Source of the DNA: a virus
Lineage: Duplodnaviria; Caudoviricetes
Virus record (IMG/VR): IMGVR_UViG_3300016649_000355
Strand: one strand, 5' to 3'
DNA: 64,000 bases
The translations under genes and the position numbers were made by a program. Positions 17,663-27,184 of the stretch are shown here, piece by piece; positions within the stretch are counted from its first letter, which is position 1, and every line of letters begins with the position of its first letter. The notes beneath the pieces are model-generated. The model worked only from the letters and a program-made list of their open reading frames with translations, did no database searches and was not told the DNA's origin.

Positions 17663-18535
17663 TTATTCTTCATAAGTGCTGCTACTTGAATACTGACGGC
17701 TCCAGCTTGGGTTCAACCCATTGATCTCTAAGATATCGTCACGGATATTTTGATTTCTTTTCTCTGTGTTCAACACACGGCAGAAACTGTTAGTGATAGC
17801 CGCAGTGTAATATGCGAATGGATTAGCTGATTTGGCTTCATTGAATCGCAAACCCACATATGTCAATTGAAGTATAGCACTATTACGCATCTCATCGTTA
17901 TATGTGTAACCACGCCAGTTAAACTTCATGGCATATTTTTCACAAAGCATGATATACATTTTTGCCAATTTGTTAGTAATATTTCCATGATCTTTGCTGA
18001 AAGATCCTGTTTGTAGATCACCTTGCCAATGACTCTTGCCTACGCAATAGAATGATCCATTGTCATCGATCTTGTAATGTTGGAAAGGTGGAAAATTTAC
18101 CTTGACATGAACCATATCATCTACTTCCCCCGCTGTGGTTGGATCTTCTAGATCGGCGAATATTTCTTCTAAATCCGGTTCTTCGAATTCTAAAATATCT
18201 TTGGCTGTTTTTTTCTTCACGACCTTTCTAGGTTGTTTTGGGCTAACGGGAATATGTTCCCATGTCATGATTCGGAAAACTAGATCGGTATTCTTTACTT
18301 CTGAGACATCGATTCCTAATCGATTCGCCCTGATTTCGCGGGCTTGTTGAATAGTTTCTGGTTTGCATGCATATTCAAAGCTTTTGATCAGATCCTCTTG
18401 GGGAAGATCAACAATAAAATCATATCGATTATATTCTTTATCAGTGAAATAGCAATAAGAGTTTTTGCTTTCGTGGATTTCTTTTAAGATATCCTTATTA
18501 TTTAAATAATTTACTTTTTTGGTTGTTGTAGACAT
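17663..18535 (-). CDS. gp55: Late-transcription sigma factor (T4 gp55-like) with N-terminal extension
   Basis: YLNNKDILKEI at N-terminus; region-2-like NWRGYTYNDEM...RFNEAKSANPFAYYTAAITNSF; synteny 55-47-46 as in T4. Confidence 0.85.
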   Translation of the reverse strand: MSTTTKKVNYLNNKDILKEIHESKNSYCYFTDKEYNRYDFIVDLPQEDLIKSFEYACKPETIQQAREIRANRLGIDVSEVKNTDLVFRIMTWEHIPVSPKQPRKVVKKKTAKDILEFEEPDLEEIFADLEDPTTAGEVDDMVHVKVNFPPFQHYKIDDNGSFYCVGKSHWQGDLQTGSFSKDHGNITNKLAKMYIMLCEKYAMKFNWRGYTYNDEMRNSAILQLTYVGLRFNEAKSANPFAYYTAAITNSFCRVLNTEKRNQNIRDDILEINGLNPSWSRQYSSSSTYEE

Positions 18536-18557
18536 ACTTTCCTTTAAAATTTGAAAA

Positions 18558-18587
18558 ATTATAACATGCTTTGTAACAGAATTACAA
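18558..18587 (-). promoter_or_regulatory. Sigma70-type promoter for gp55 (TTGTAA-18-TATAAT with TGn extension)
   Basis: Perfect -10, extended TG, -35 one mismatch from TTGACA; AAAGGA SD downstream. Confidence 0.65.
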
Positions 18588-18623
18588 GCTAACGGGAAAG
18601 AAAAAAGGGAAAAACTACGCCTT

Positions 18624-19046
18624 TTATTTATCTCTTAGGATTTTTTGACCCTGCGCTATAAACTTATCTAACTGCTCAACTGACATATTCTTAGCCATCT
18701 CAACTACCTGACTTGCTTTTAAATATCTTTCTGTGTCATCTCGATGCCAGACATTTTCCATTACTGTAGTCCATTCCAGATTGTCTACTTTATTATTTTT
18801 TTTATTTTTATCTTTGTGATTGACAACTAGTGCCTTGTTCACAGTCGGTATGAACACTTCAGCAACTAATCTATGAATATAACTAGTGTATCGTTTTTTA
18901 CCATCGGATAGGCAGACTAACTCATATCCGTGATTGTTGGTACAAACCTTTAACAATCTGTTCTTCCCTTTTTTGATAGACCTTACCTTACCGTAACTAC
19001 TAACCTCATAATTTGGTATTCGTTCAAGGGTTTTCCATACTTCCAT
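18624..19046 (-). mobile_element. Free-standing NUMOD4-HNH homing endonuclease gene
   Basis: WKTLERIPNYEVSSYGKVRS (NUMOD4), YIHRLVAEVF, VVNHKDKNKKNNKVDNLEW (HNH_3). Likely start ATG 19046, AAAGGA SD. Confidence 0.88.
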
Positions 19047-19063
19047 TGCCATTCCTTTATTTT

Positions 19064-19077
19064 TATTTATATAAATA
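19064..19077. promoter_or_regulatory. Perfect 14-bp palindrome TATTTATATAAATA = two back-to-back TATAAATA late promoters
   Basis: Exact consensus on both strands (19064-19071 minus, 19070-19077 plus). Confidence 0.65.
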
Positions 19078-19108
19078 TTTTGTTGATTAAACACTGATAT
19101 TTTAAAAC

Positions 19109-19116
19109 ACTAAATA
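19109..19116 (+). promoter_or_regulatory. Late promoter box (ACTAAATA) at the head of the baseplate operon
   Basis: Box upstream of TAAGGA SD and ATG 19139. Confidence 0.65.
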
Positions 19117-19138
19117 TAAGTAAGGATAATAAGATAAT

Positions 19139-20791
19139 ATGGCAACCCTTCTTGAACAATCAATAGAATATCAAAAACGAGAGATAGCTCAATTAGAGGC
19201 TCAGCAAGCGCAGCTTGAGCAGGCCAGCAGCCAACTTTTCAACAGATACCGTGACGCTAGAAGTGCCTTAAATGCAGCCAAAGCCAATCCTGCTACGCCA
19301 CCCGCAACATTGAATCAACTTCAGCAAGCATTTGATAATGTAGCGGCAGAAAGAGAAACAGCTAATGATAACTTAGAATCTACAAGTGCTAGATTAGATA
19401 GACTAAGACAAGCACTATCAAACAATGAAGCAAAATTATCAGATCCGGCAAATAACACTTCACTAGCAACTTCTGGAAATACCACATCTGACCCTGGCAC
19501 TAATCCACAGATCAATGCACAGGCTACGGCACAGGCAAATGCACAATCAGGTACGATACCTCCAAACCAAGAGGCAACACCTACCCCACCGCCCGTTCCT
19601 ACCCAAGACCCTGCAATTACCTCAACCACTGCTGGCACCGTTGAAAACAGCACGCCCGTCGAACTCGATCTTGAAACCGGCGAGGTTACCGATCAACCCT
19701 TCATATCAAATAGCGAAGAAATTGAGCTTGATCTTGAAGAACCCACAGATGAACAGATTCAAAATGAAGACAATCCCACTACTAATCCTTTTGATAGGGA
19801 TACGGATACGATAGATCCAACAGAAGAACAGATTCAAAACGAAGATAATCCCACTGCCGATCCATATGATCGTGATACTGACATCGGAGTATTGACCGAA
19901 GAAGATATACAAGAACAAGACAATCCAGGGTACACCGCAAAAGGAAGTGGTCGTGGATTACAGGGAGCTGAAACTAGAACTAGGGAACAAGCTACGGCAC
20001 AAGATGTTGCAAACTTCAAGCAAAGAGAAGACTGGCGTGTTAGATTAGCCTTAGCTCCAAACGCATCATATCTGTATAAAGACACCAATAACACATTGTT
20101 AAAGCCTTTGCGCGACACTGATGGAATTATCTTCCCCTACACACCTAGCATAAGCGTACAATATAATGCAACTTATGATCAATCAGTATTGACTCATAGC
20201 AATTATAAAATATTTCAGTATACGGGAAGTTCTGTAGATAGTGTTACTATAGGGTGTGACTTTACTGCACAAGATACATTTGAAGCAAATTATCTCATGG
20301 CAGTGATACATTTCCTACGATCAGTGACAAAAATGTTTTACGGTAAAGATCAGGACCCTAAACCCGGAGTTCCTCCTCCCTTGTGTTATTTGACCGGGCT
20401 TGGTGCATTTCAATTTGACGCACATCCATTAGCGATCACGAGTTTTAATTATCAATTACCCACTGATGTGGACTATATACGGGCGGGGACTATTAATTCT
20501 GGCGCAGGGGTGAATAGATCGTCGGCAAGCACCCCCAACAACTCGCAAGTGACATCTACAAACAGATTGGGAACACAACTTCAACCCGGGGGTATAGGAA
20601 GAGCAGCAGTGTTTCAATCTGAACCTGCAGGAACTACAGAACCTACATATGTACCTACAAAAATGAATATACAAATATCAGCTATACCAATCGTGTCAAG
20701 GAATGATATAAGCAATAACTTTAGTTTGAAAAAGTATGCCACTGGTGAGTTGTTGAGGGGAACTAGAAGAAAAGCGGGAGGTATCTGGTAA
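19139..20791 (+). CDS. Baseplate tail-tube initiator/cap (gp48/gp54-like domain) with a long coiled-coil and acidic N-terminal extension
   Basis: C-terminal IIFPYTP..THSNY..FTAQ..IHFLRSVTKMFYG..PPP domain of tube-initiator type; precedes the gp53-like gene. Confidence 0.65.
   Translation: MATLLEQSIEYQKREIAQLEAQQAQLEQASSQLFNRYRDARSALNAAKANPATPPATLNQLQQAFDNVAAERETANDNLESTSARLDRLRQALSNNEAKLSDPANNTSLATSGNTTSDPGTNPQINAQATAQANAQSGTIPPNQEATPTPPPVPTQDPAITSTTAGTVENSTPVELDLETGEVTDQPFISNSEEIELDLEEPTDEQIQNEDNPTTNPFDRDTDTIDPTEEQIQNEDNPTADPYDRDTDIGVLTEEDIQEQDNPGYTAKGSGRGLQGAETRTREQATAQDVANFKQREDWRVRLALAPNASYLYKDTNNTLLKPLRDTDGIIFPYTPSISVQYNATYDQSVLTHSNYKIFQYTGSSVDSVTIGCDFTAQDTFEANYLMAVIHFLRSVTKMFYGKDQDPKPGVPPPLCYLTGLGAFQFDAHPLAITSFNYQLPTDVDYIRAGTINSGAGVNRSSASTPNNSQVTSTNRLGTQLQPGGIGRAAVFQSEPAGTTEPTYVPTKMNIQISAIPIVSRNDISNNFSLKKYATGELLRGTRRKAGGIW
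19751..19930 (+). repeat. 75-bp (25-aa) tandem repeat, ~2.4 copies (EQIQNEDNPT..P.DRDTD)
   Basis: Units start at 19751, 19826 and 19901. Confidence 0.85.
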
Positions 20792-21099
20792 TGGCAAATT
20801 CGATCTATCCTGCAACTAGTCCTTACTACAACACCGGTGTAGTGAATGGCAAGTTTTTAGATATCATGGTAAACAGACCTATACCAATGCTACCGTCTGA
20901 CATCTATTATGTTATACCTCCTGTATACGAGTTTAGACCTGACATGCTCGCATATGACTTATATACTGATCCCAGATTGTGGTGGGTCTTTGCCCAACGA
21001 AATCCTAATAGACTTAAAGATCCATATTTTGATTTTGTGGGCGGTCTTGGAATTTATGTTCCTAAATTAGAGACACTAAGACAAGTTTTAGGAATCTAA
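20791..21099 (+). CDS. Baseplate wedge protein (gp53-like, LysM-type)
   Basis: RPDMLAYDLYTDPRLWWVFAQRN motif; translationally coupled. Confidence 0.8.
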   Translation: MANSIYPATSPYYNTGVVNGKFLDIMVNRPIPMLPSDIYYVIPPVYEFRPDMLAYDLYTDPRLWWVFAQRNPNRLKDPYFDFVGGLGIYVPKLETLRQVLGI

Positions 21100-23955
21100 A
21101 TGGCAAAAATATATGAAGTGCAATCTTTAGACATTGGTGGAAGACTGTTTGCCATTTCGGCACAGCTAGATACTGAAACTGGAAATATTTTAGCTCAAGT
21201 ATCAGTTGATGGTGTTCCGGGAGCAGCCGGTGAAGAATCTATTGATGCTAAAATTCAAAGAGCAGCTGGATTACCTGCCCCATATAACGGGCCTTTAGTT
21301 CAAGCATTGGAGGGAATTAAATCAACCCTTCAGGCACAAAATACGGCATTACAACCTGAGAATGTTGGCACCGATCCGGGTGCCCCTGAAAATACCAACA
21401 CTGAACAACAGAACAAAGAATATGCTGCTAGCGGATCAGCAGACGACGATAAGAATCCCCAAACAACGCCTGAAGTAACTCCATATACACAATCAACTAC
21501 CAGTCAGACTAATTCTACGCCCGGTGAAATTTCTTCTAATAATGCTGGAACAACGGTTGCGGGAAAATCCGGTACACAGGCTAATCCACAGGCACAGGAA
21601 AAACCAGGCAATAGATTGTTCAATCCTCTTGGATACTTATCGAGTTATAATTATCAAATTACCCTATATATGATAACTCCTGATGCATATGATGCGTTCA
21701 TACAGGGAGGCAGGAAAAATATCAATGCGATTCAAAATCCAGGAAATACAAACGCTGCTGCGTCATTGGCAAATAGTCAAGCCGGCGCGTTCATCATTGC
21801 GCAGTCCGGGGGAGTTAATAACTCGTTTGACCGCAGAGCCCCAGGGTTCGATGTAGACTTTTATATAGACGAATTGAAATTTACAACTATTACTAATAGC
21901 AAATCTCAATCTGCATCTGCATTTCAAACTAACATTTCTTTTAATATCTACGAACCATATGGATTTTCTTTTATCACGAAGTTGAGGGAAGCTAATCAGG
22001 CTTTACAAAAATATACAAGTACTGTTAAGAATTTTAAAAATGTTGTTAATGCTTTAAGACAATTTTTTGTTTTAGGAATAAGGTTTTATGGTTATGACAG
22101 GGCGGGAAATTTAGTCAAGGGCAATGAAACTATAAATGGACAACCGTTAGATCCTACAAGTAATGGACAATCATTATTTGAAAAATATTTTGATATAGAA
22201 ATTACTGATTTCAAATTTAAGATTGATGGTAAGGCAACCACCTATTATGTAAAAGCAGCACAAAAATCTGCCCGCACTGCCTTCGGAATCAAAAGAGGTA
22301 GATTGGATAATGGTGTAACAGTAGCAGCGAGCAATGTCACTGAAGCACTATCAGACTCCAGCCCCAACGGTTTATTGGCTAAATTGAATGACACGCAACA
22401 AAAACTATTAGCAGCTAAAAATATAGAGATTCCAAATGTGTATAAGGTTAGATGGGTAACTGGTACAGAGGATATACAAAAAGCTAACCTTGTTACGCAG
22501 GCAGACATAGATAAAGCGAAAAAGCCAATGGCCCCGGTAGCATCGACCACACAAGTAAATGATGCCACGGCAGCAAAAGCTAGCCCCGATCTAACAAAAC
22601 AAACAATCGCATTCAAGAATGATACTTCTATTATTCAAGCGATAGATCAAATCATAGCTCAGAGTTCTTTCTTGACTGACGCATTAAAAGCCGTAGCGAA
22701 AGCTAATGAGCCACCTGATCCAAACAATCCTGAAAAATACAAGGAAAATTTAGATAGTCCCAAATATATATCTTGGTATAATTTAAGTTCGGAAGTTAAG
22801 TGTCTGGGTTTTGATACAGTCGTGGGAGATTGGGCATACGAGATTACCTATGTGATTCAACCATATATAACTCCTATCGTTGTGAGTCCATATGCTAATC
22901 CGGGCGGTAAATATTATGGTCCTCATAAACGGTATGATTATTGGTACACAGGACAAAATAGGGAAATATTATCCTATGAACAGCAAATGAATACAGGATA
23001 TTTCACTGTTACAGTAGCAGGGTTAGATGTCAAAGCACAGCAAGGGCAGGGAGGCGCGACACAGGTACCCACTGTTCCTAATAAGAGAAATGACGAGTCA
23101 AGGATAGGCAGCAATGACCAAGGATTGGAGGCACAGAATAGCTATAGAACAAGTTTATATGATCCCGGGGCATATGCAAAGTCAAAAATCACTATTTTAG
23201 GCGATCCTGATTTTTTGATGGATACATCACCGACGGCAGCAAATGCAGTCTATAGTCAATTCTATAAGGGTGATGGACTAACGATCAATCCTAACGGGGG
23301 TCAAGTGTTTGTGGAAATTGATTTTAAAGAAGCAGTCGATTATCAACATAGCAAAGGTTATTTAAATTTAAATGACAGCATATTATTTTGGCCCTATCCT
23401 CCCGAGATAGCGAAGGTCGTAAAGGGTGTGAGTTTTCAGGTATTGCAAGTCAACAGTGATTTTAGTAAGGGCAAATTTACTCAGACCCTAGACCTCTTTA
23501 TCAATCAATTCTCTGATACTAAAAAAACAAGTAATACTATTGATTCAGGAAGACCTGATTTTATTGGGGAATCATATGCAGTTCCTGGAACCGTTCCCGA
23601 TCTTGTGGGAGAATCATATGCAGTTCCCGGAACAATACCGCAGAATACCAATACTGGCCTCAAACCCGATCCTGCTGTACAAGCGTCCAGCAACGAGACC
23701 GCTATACAAAGTTCATTAGAGTCTTCAAATCAAAGCGTGCCTTCGAACGACCCTAATTTTAATCCTACCCTTACTCCAGTGACCTCGCCTGCTAGGATCG
23801 TGACAAATAATGCTGCTGAAAATACAGGAGCGGTACAAACGGGAAGTGGCGGGAATAATCCTTCTCCCAGCATAGTAAACGACGACGATGCAGTGAGTAG
23901 CAATCCAACTAGTCCGGGATTATCAGGCAGTTCGTATGATGGAGGAAGAGATTAA
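21100..23955 (+). CDS. Baseplate hub protein (gp27 / P2 gpD-like) with low-complexity termini
   Basis: Position between gp53-like and spike genes; ITILGDPDFL and FSKGKFTQTLDL hub-like C-terminal motifs. Confidence 0.6.
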   Translation: MAKIYEVQSLDIGGRLFAISAQLDTETGNILAQVSVDGVPGAAGEESIDAKIQRAAGLPAPYNGPLVQALEGIKSTLQAQNTALQPENVGTDPGAPENTNTEQQNKEYAASGSADDDKNPQTTPEVTPYTQSTTSQTNSTPGEISSNNAGTTVAGKSGTQANPQAQEKPGNRLFNPLGYLSSYNYQITLYMITPDAYDAFIQGGRKNINAIQNPGNTNAAASLANSQAGAFIIAQSGGVNNSFDRRAPGFDVDFYIDELKFTTITNSKSQSASAFQTNISFNIYEPYGFSFITKLREANQALQKYTSTVKNFKNVVNALRQFFVLGIRFYGYDRAGNLVKGNETINGQPLDPTSNGQSLFEKYFDIEITDFKFKIDGKATTYYVKAAQKSARTAFGIKRGRLDNGVTVAASNVTEALSDSSPNGLLAKLNDTQQKLLAAKNIEIPNVYKVRWVTGTEDIQKANLVTQADIDKAKKPMAPVASTTQVNDATAAKASPDLTKQTIAFKNDTSIIQAIDQIIAQSSFLTDALKAVAKANEPPDPNNPEKYKENLDSPKYISWYNLSSEVKCLGFDTVVGDWAYEITYVIQPYITPIVVSPYANPGGKYYGPHKRYDYWYTGQNREILSYEQQMNTGYFTVTVAGLDVKAQQGQGGATQVPTVPNKRNDESRIGSNDQGLEAQNSYRTSLYDPGAYAKSKITILGDPDFLMDTSPTAANAVYSQFYKGDGLTINPNGGQVFVEIDFKEAVDYQHSKGYLNLNDSILFWPYPPEIAKVVKGVSFQVLQVNSDFSKGKFTQTLDLFINQFSDTKKTSNTIDSGRPDFIGESYAVPGTVPDLVGESYAVPGTIPQNTNTGLKPDPAVQASSNETAIQSSLESSNQSVPSNDPNFNPTLTPVTSPARIVTNNAAENTGAVQTGSGGNNPSPSIVNDDDAVSSNPTSPGLSGSSYDGGRD
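23554..23637 (+). repeat. 42-bp (14-aa) tandem duplication PD(F/L)(I/V)GESYAVPGT(V/I)
   Basis: GAATCATATGCAGTTCC at 23569 and 23611. Confidence 0.85.
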
Positions 23956-26900
23956 TGGCACAAGATGAATTTTTGCCGCGTGGCTCTACAAAAGCCAGCA
24001 AACCCACGGCCGGTGGTGCAAACATACGATCAGTACCTGTAATAGGCATCGTAAAAAATAATATAGACCCTATCAAGGCAGGCCGTATACAAGTATATCT
24101 ACTAGATAATAGCGGAACAGACCCCGATAATTCTGAAAATTGGAAAACAGTAAACTTCCTCTCTACCTTCTTTGGATTCACATCCGGTAGCGCAGCAAAC
24201 GAAGGTTATGGTACATACACAAAGAATCCAACAGCTTACGGTCAATGGAATAGTCCTCCCGATATCGGAACTAGGGTGTTATGCATTTTTGTAAACGGTG
24301 ATGAAAATTATGGTTATTACATAGGCTGTATTCCAGAACCTGAGACACTTTTTATGGTTCCTGCAATCGGCGCTACTGAAAATATCGTAGCTAATGAGGG
24401 TGAAGCTCAGAGTTACGGTGGTGCTACAAAATTACCGGTCAGTAGTTTAAATGTAAACAATCAAGGAATCAACGATAATCCGTCTTTTTTAAAAGAAGCG
24501 AGACCTGTACATAGCTATGCTGCAAGCGTGATGTTTCAGCAAGGTATATTGCGTGATCCTATAAGGGGAGCGATATCAAGTTCATCACAGCGAGAAACTC
24601 CTAGCAGGGTAGGCTGGGGAGTAAGCACTCCAGGCAGACCTATATATGAGGGAGGTTTCACGGATGAATCAGCAGTACAGAATTTAGATTCACCAAATCC
24701 AAAACAACTTAAAATCATTTCCCGGCGAGCAGGACATACTATTGTCATGGATGATGGGGACCAGATAGGTAGGGACCAGTTGGTTCGCATCAGGACAGCA
24801 ATGGGTCATCAGATTTTAATGAGCGATGATGGACAGTGTTTGTTCATATTACACAGCAATGGACAATCTTGGATAGAATTAGGAAAAGAAGGCACTATTG
24901 ATATGTATGCTACAAATAGTGTCAATATAAGGACTCAGGGTGATCTTAACCTGCATGCTGATAATAATATCAATTTACATGCTAAGAAAAATTTCAATTT
25001 GCAAGCAGAAAATATCAATGTAAACACTGAAAAAGAATACAAACAACGGGTGGGAACAAATTATCTCAACTACACAATGGGCAAATATATGCACAAAGTA
25101 GATGGCACCATGAGCTGGGATAGCAAGGGCGTTGCATCCTATGCAAGCAGTGATGTAACATATATCAATGGGTCTAAGATAAATCTCAATACTGGCTCTA
25201 CCAGCGCGGTGCCTGAAGTTGTTCCTCCTATTCCAGTCATAGCGCATACTGACACATTGTTCGATCAAACTAAAGGATTTATAGCAGCGCCCGCTAAATT
25301 GATAAGCATAACATCGAGGACCCCCGCACATCAGCCTTGGGTAAATTCAGGACAGGGAGTAGATGTAAAAGTTAGCTTGAACGCAAGTTCAGAATTACCC
25401 TCACCACCTAGCGCATCTGTTACTGCGTTGAACTCTGCTAGCCAAGGTGCTGCCACGGCTACTCCAACCGTGGCTTCATCAGCAACGGTTCCAGGCAGCA
25501 TACCGATTAGTTCTGCATTGGATAAGGCAACTACAAGCACACTTGTTAGTGCAGCAGCGACATCAGCAGCAGCAGGACCCGCTGCATCTGCTATAGCTAA
25601 GGGTGCGGGTATAGTTAATACCGCACAAGGAGCCATAGCAGTAGTAGGTTCTACCGCTTTAAATCCAAAACAATTACAAACGGCCGGCATACTCAAGCCC
25701 GGAGCAGCAACATTGATCAATGGATTGACGCAGGGTGGTGCCAATGTCAACGCAGCCATGACTACGAATTTATTTACAGGAAAACCCGGGGCAGAATCAT
25801 TGTCATCTTTAGTACAAAATCCTGCTGGGCAGGTAAACGCAACTGTAGTGAATCTTCAAAAGGCACAGACTGCACTTACATCATCAGGCGTACTCACAGG
25901 AAAAGAAGCTCCCGGCGCGATAGCAGGAGTTGTTAATGCTGCGTCAAGTCTTGGAGTAACGCCAACATTAGATGCCCTCAAAACAGTAGCAGGTAATCCT
26001 AACGCAGTTTCTTCGTTGATACCTTCTAGTAAATCATTAGGGGCAGTAAGTCAAGCAGTCAGTACCGGCAATTTCGCAGCTGGATTAGCAACAAATGTAA
26101 CTGGAGGATTGGGCGCTGTTGCAGGAGCATTGGCGGCTAAATCGGGAGGCGTACCCGGATTGTCAGGCGCCATCGATCAAGCGAAAGGTCTTGCAGGTTC
26201 AGCATTCGCTGCAATTGCATCTTCATTCCAACCACTCAAAGCAGGAGTACCGCAAAATCTTGGGGCTATCGCGGGGGCAGCGGCTGAGAAAGTTGCATCT
26301 GAAGCAGCAAGTCCACTAAGTGGAGGTAGCCTACCTAAACTATCAGTGCCATCGATTGGGAGTCTAGGTTCGGGATTGATTCCAACTGCGGGGGGAGTAA
26401 CAGGAATATCTAGCACTATTGCTAGTGGACTATCATCACTACCGGGAGGACAAAGTGCAATCTCATCGGTATTTAATAATGCACCCGGTGTGAAGTACCA
26501 ATTGCCCGGTGGAGAGGGTGTAAGTAATCTTGTTAAAAATGCATCAACATCCGCATTGAATAATATATCATTAGGCAAAGCAGCCACATCGGGACTAACA
26601 AGCGCATTGAGTACAGCAGGAGGAGGATTAAATGTTGGATCATTGCAGTCATCTGTTGGTTCATTAGCGGGATCATTAACCGGCGGACTGGATAAATTAA
26701 AATCAGGATCAGGTAGTTTAGCATCTTTAGCACTATCAGGGATACCTGCAGGAATCGCAGCACAGATGAATTCTGCATTGAGTTCATTGAGTTCAGGTGG
26801 AAGTTTACCGATCAAAGTACCTGCAGTTGCTATTAATACCACCAATAGAGATGAGATAGGAGCTAGTGTTACTTCAACTTTAGGGGACGCTAAAATTCCT

Positions 26901-27176
26901 CCCCCAATATTCGGGCAACCTCCTAGTGAAGGGACAAAGAGTGCGTTACAAAAACAATTAGATAAACAGAATGAAATTTCTAATACTGTGAAAGAACTAC
27001 AAAAAATAAATGAGCAAGCTGTATTGGCACAGAAAGCATACTATCAAGCAAAAGTTGATTTACCACAAGGAGACCCAAAAATTCAACAAGCGTTGGATAA
27101 CTGGACTAGTATAGTGGATTCTCCTGAAAGACAGAATCTAAAGAAAAAACTAGCTGAATTATCAGGTACAGGATAA
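23955..27176 (+). CDS. Central spike (gp5/VgrG-like: OB fold plus beta-helix) with ~650-aa Ala/Gly/Ser-rich C-terminal extension
   Basis: IGIVKNNIDP..GRIQVY, PPDIGTRVLC.F (OB fold); GHTIVMDD, GHQILMSD, NSVNIRTQGDLNLHAD (beta-helix). No lysozyme motif recognised. Confidence 0.8.
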   Translation: MAQDEFLPRGSTKASKPTAGGANIRSVPVIGIVKNNIDPIKAGRIQVYLLDNSGTDPDNSENWKTVNFLSTFFGFTSGSAANEGYGTYTKNPTAYGQWNSPPDIGTRVLCIFVNGDENYGYYIGCIPEPETLFMVPAIGATENIVANEGEAQSYGGATKLPVSSLNVNNQGINDNPSFLKEARPVHSYAASVMFQQGILRDPIRGAISSSSQRETPSRVGWGVSTPGRPIYEGGFTDESAVQNLDSPNPKQLKIISRRAGHTIVMDDGDQIGRDQLVRIRTAMGHQILMSDDGQCLFILHSNGQSWIELGKEGTIDMYATNSVNIRTQGDLNLHADNNINLHAKKNFNLQAENINVNTEKEYKQRVGTNYLNYTMGKYMHKVDGTMSWDSKGVASYASSDVTYINGSKINLNTGSTSAVPEVVPPIPVIAHTDTLFDQTKGFIAAPAKLISITSRTPAHQPWVNSGQGVDVKVSLNASSELPSPPSASVTALNSASQGAATATPTVASSATVPGSIPISSALDKATTSTLVSAAATSAAAGPAASAIAKGAGIVNTAQGAIAVVGSTALNPKQLQTAGILKPGAATLINGLTQGGANVNAAMTTNLFTGKPGAESLSSLVQNPAGQVNATVVNLQKAQTALTSSGVLTGKEAPGAIAGVVNAASSLGVTPTLDALKTVAGNPNAVSSLIPSSKSLGAVSQAVSTGNFAAGLATNVTGGLGAVAGALAAKSGGVPGLSGAIDQAKGLAGSAFAAIASSFQPLKAGVPQNLGAIAGAAAEKVASEAASPLSGGSLPKLSVPSIGSLGSGLIPTAGGVTGISSTIASGLSSLPGGQSAISSVFNNAPGVKYQLPGGEGVSNLVKNASTSALNNISLGKAATSGLTSALSTAGGGLNVGSLQSSVGSLAGSLTGGLDKLKSGSGSLASLALSGIPAGIAAQMNSALSSLSSGGSLPIKVPAVAINTTNRDEIGASVTSTLGDAKIPPPIFGQPPSEGTKSALQKQLDKQNEISNTVKELQKINEQAVLAQKAYYQAKVDLPQGDPKIQQALDNWTSIVDSPERQNLKKKLAELSGTG

Positions 27177-27179
27177 ATA
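27172..27179 (+). promoter_or_regulatory. Late promoter box (GATAAATA), 5 nt before the gp25 ATG
   Basis: Box overlaps the spike stop codon; no SD. Confidence 0.65.
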
Positions 27180-27184
27180 ATATC

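Noticed and set aside
18590-18625. T-rich tract after the HNH gene as a terminator
   Set aside because: No stable stem precedes it.
19751-19930. Regularly spaced repeats here and at 23554-23637 as a possible CRISPR mini-array
   Set aside because: In-frame coding repeats with synonymous variation and similar 'spacers'; no cas genes.
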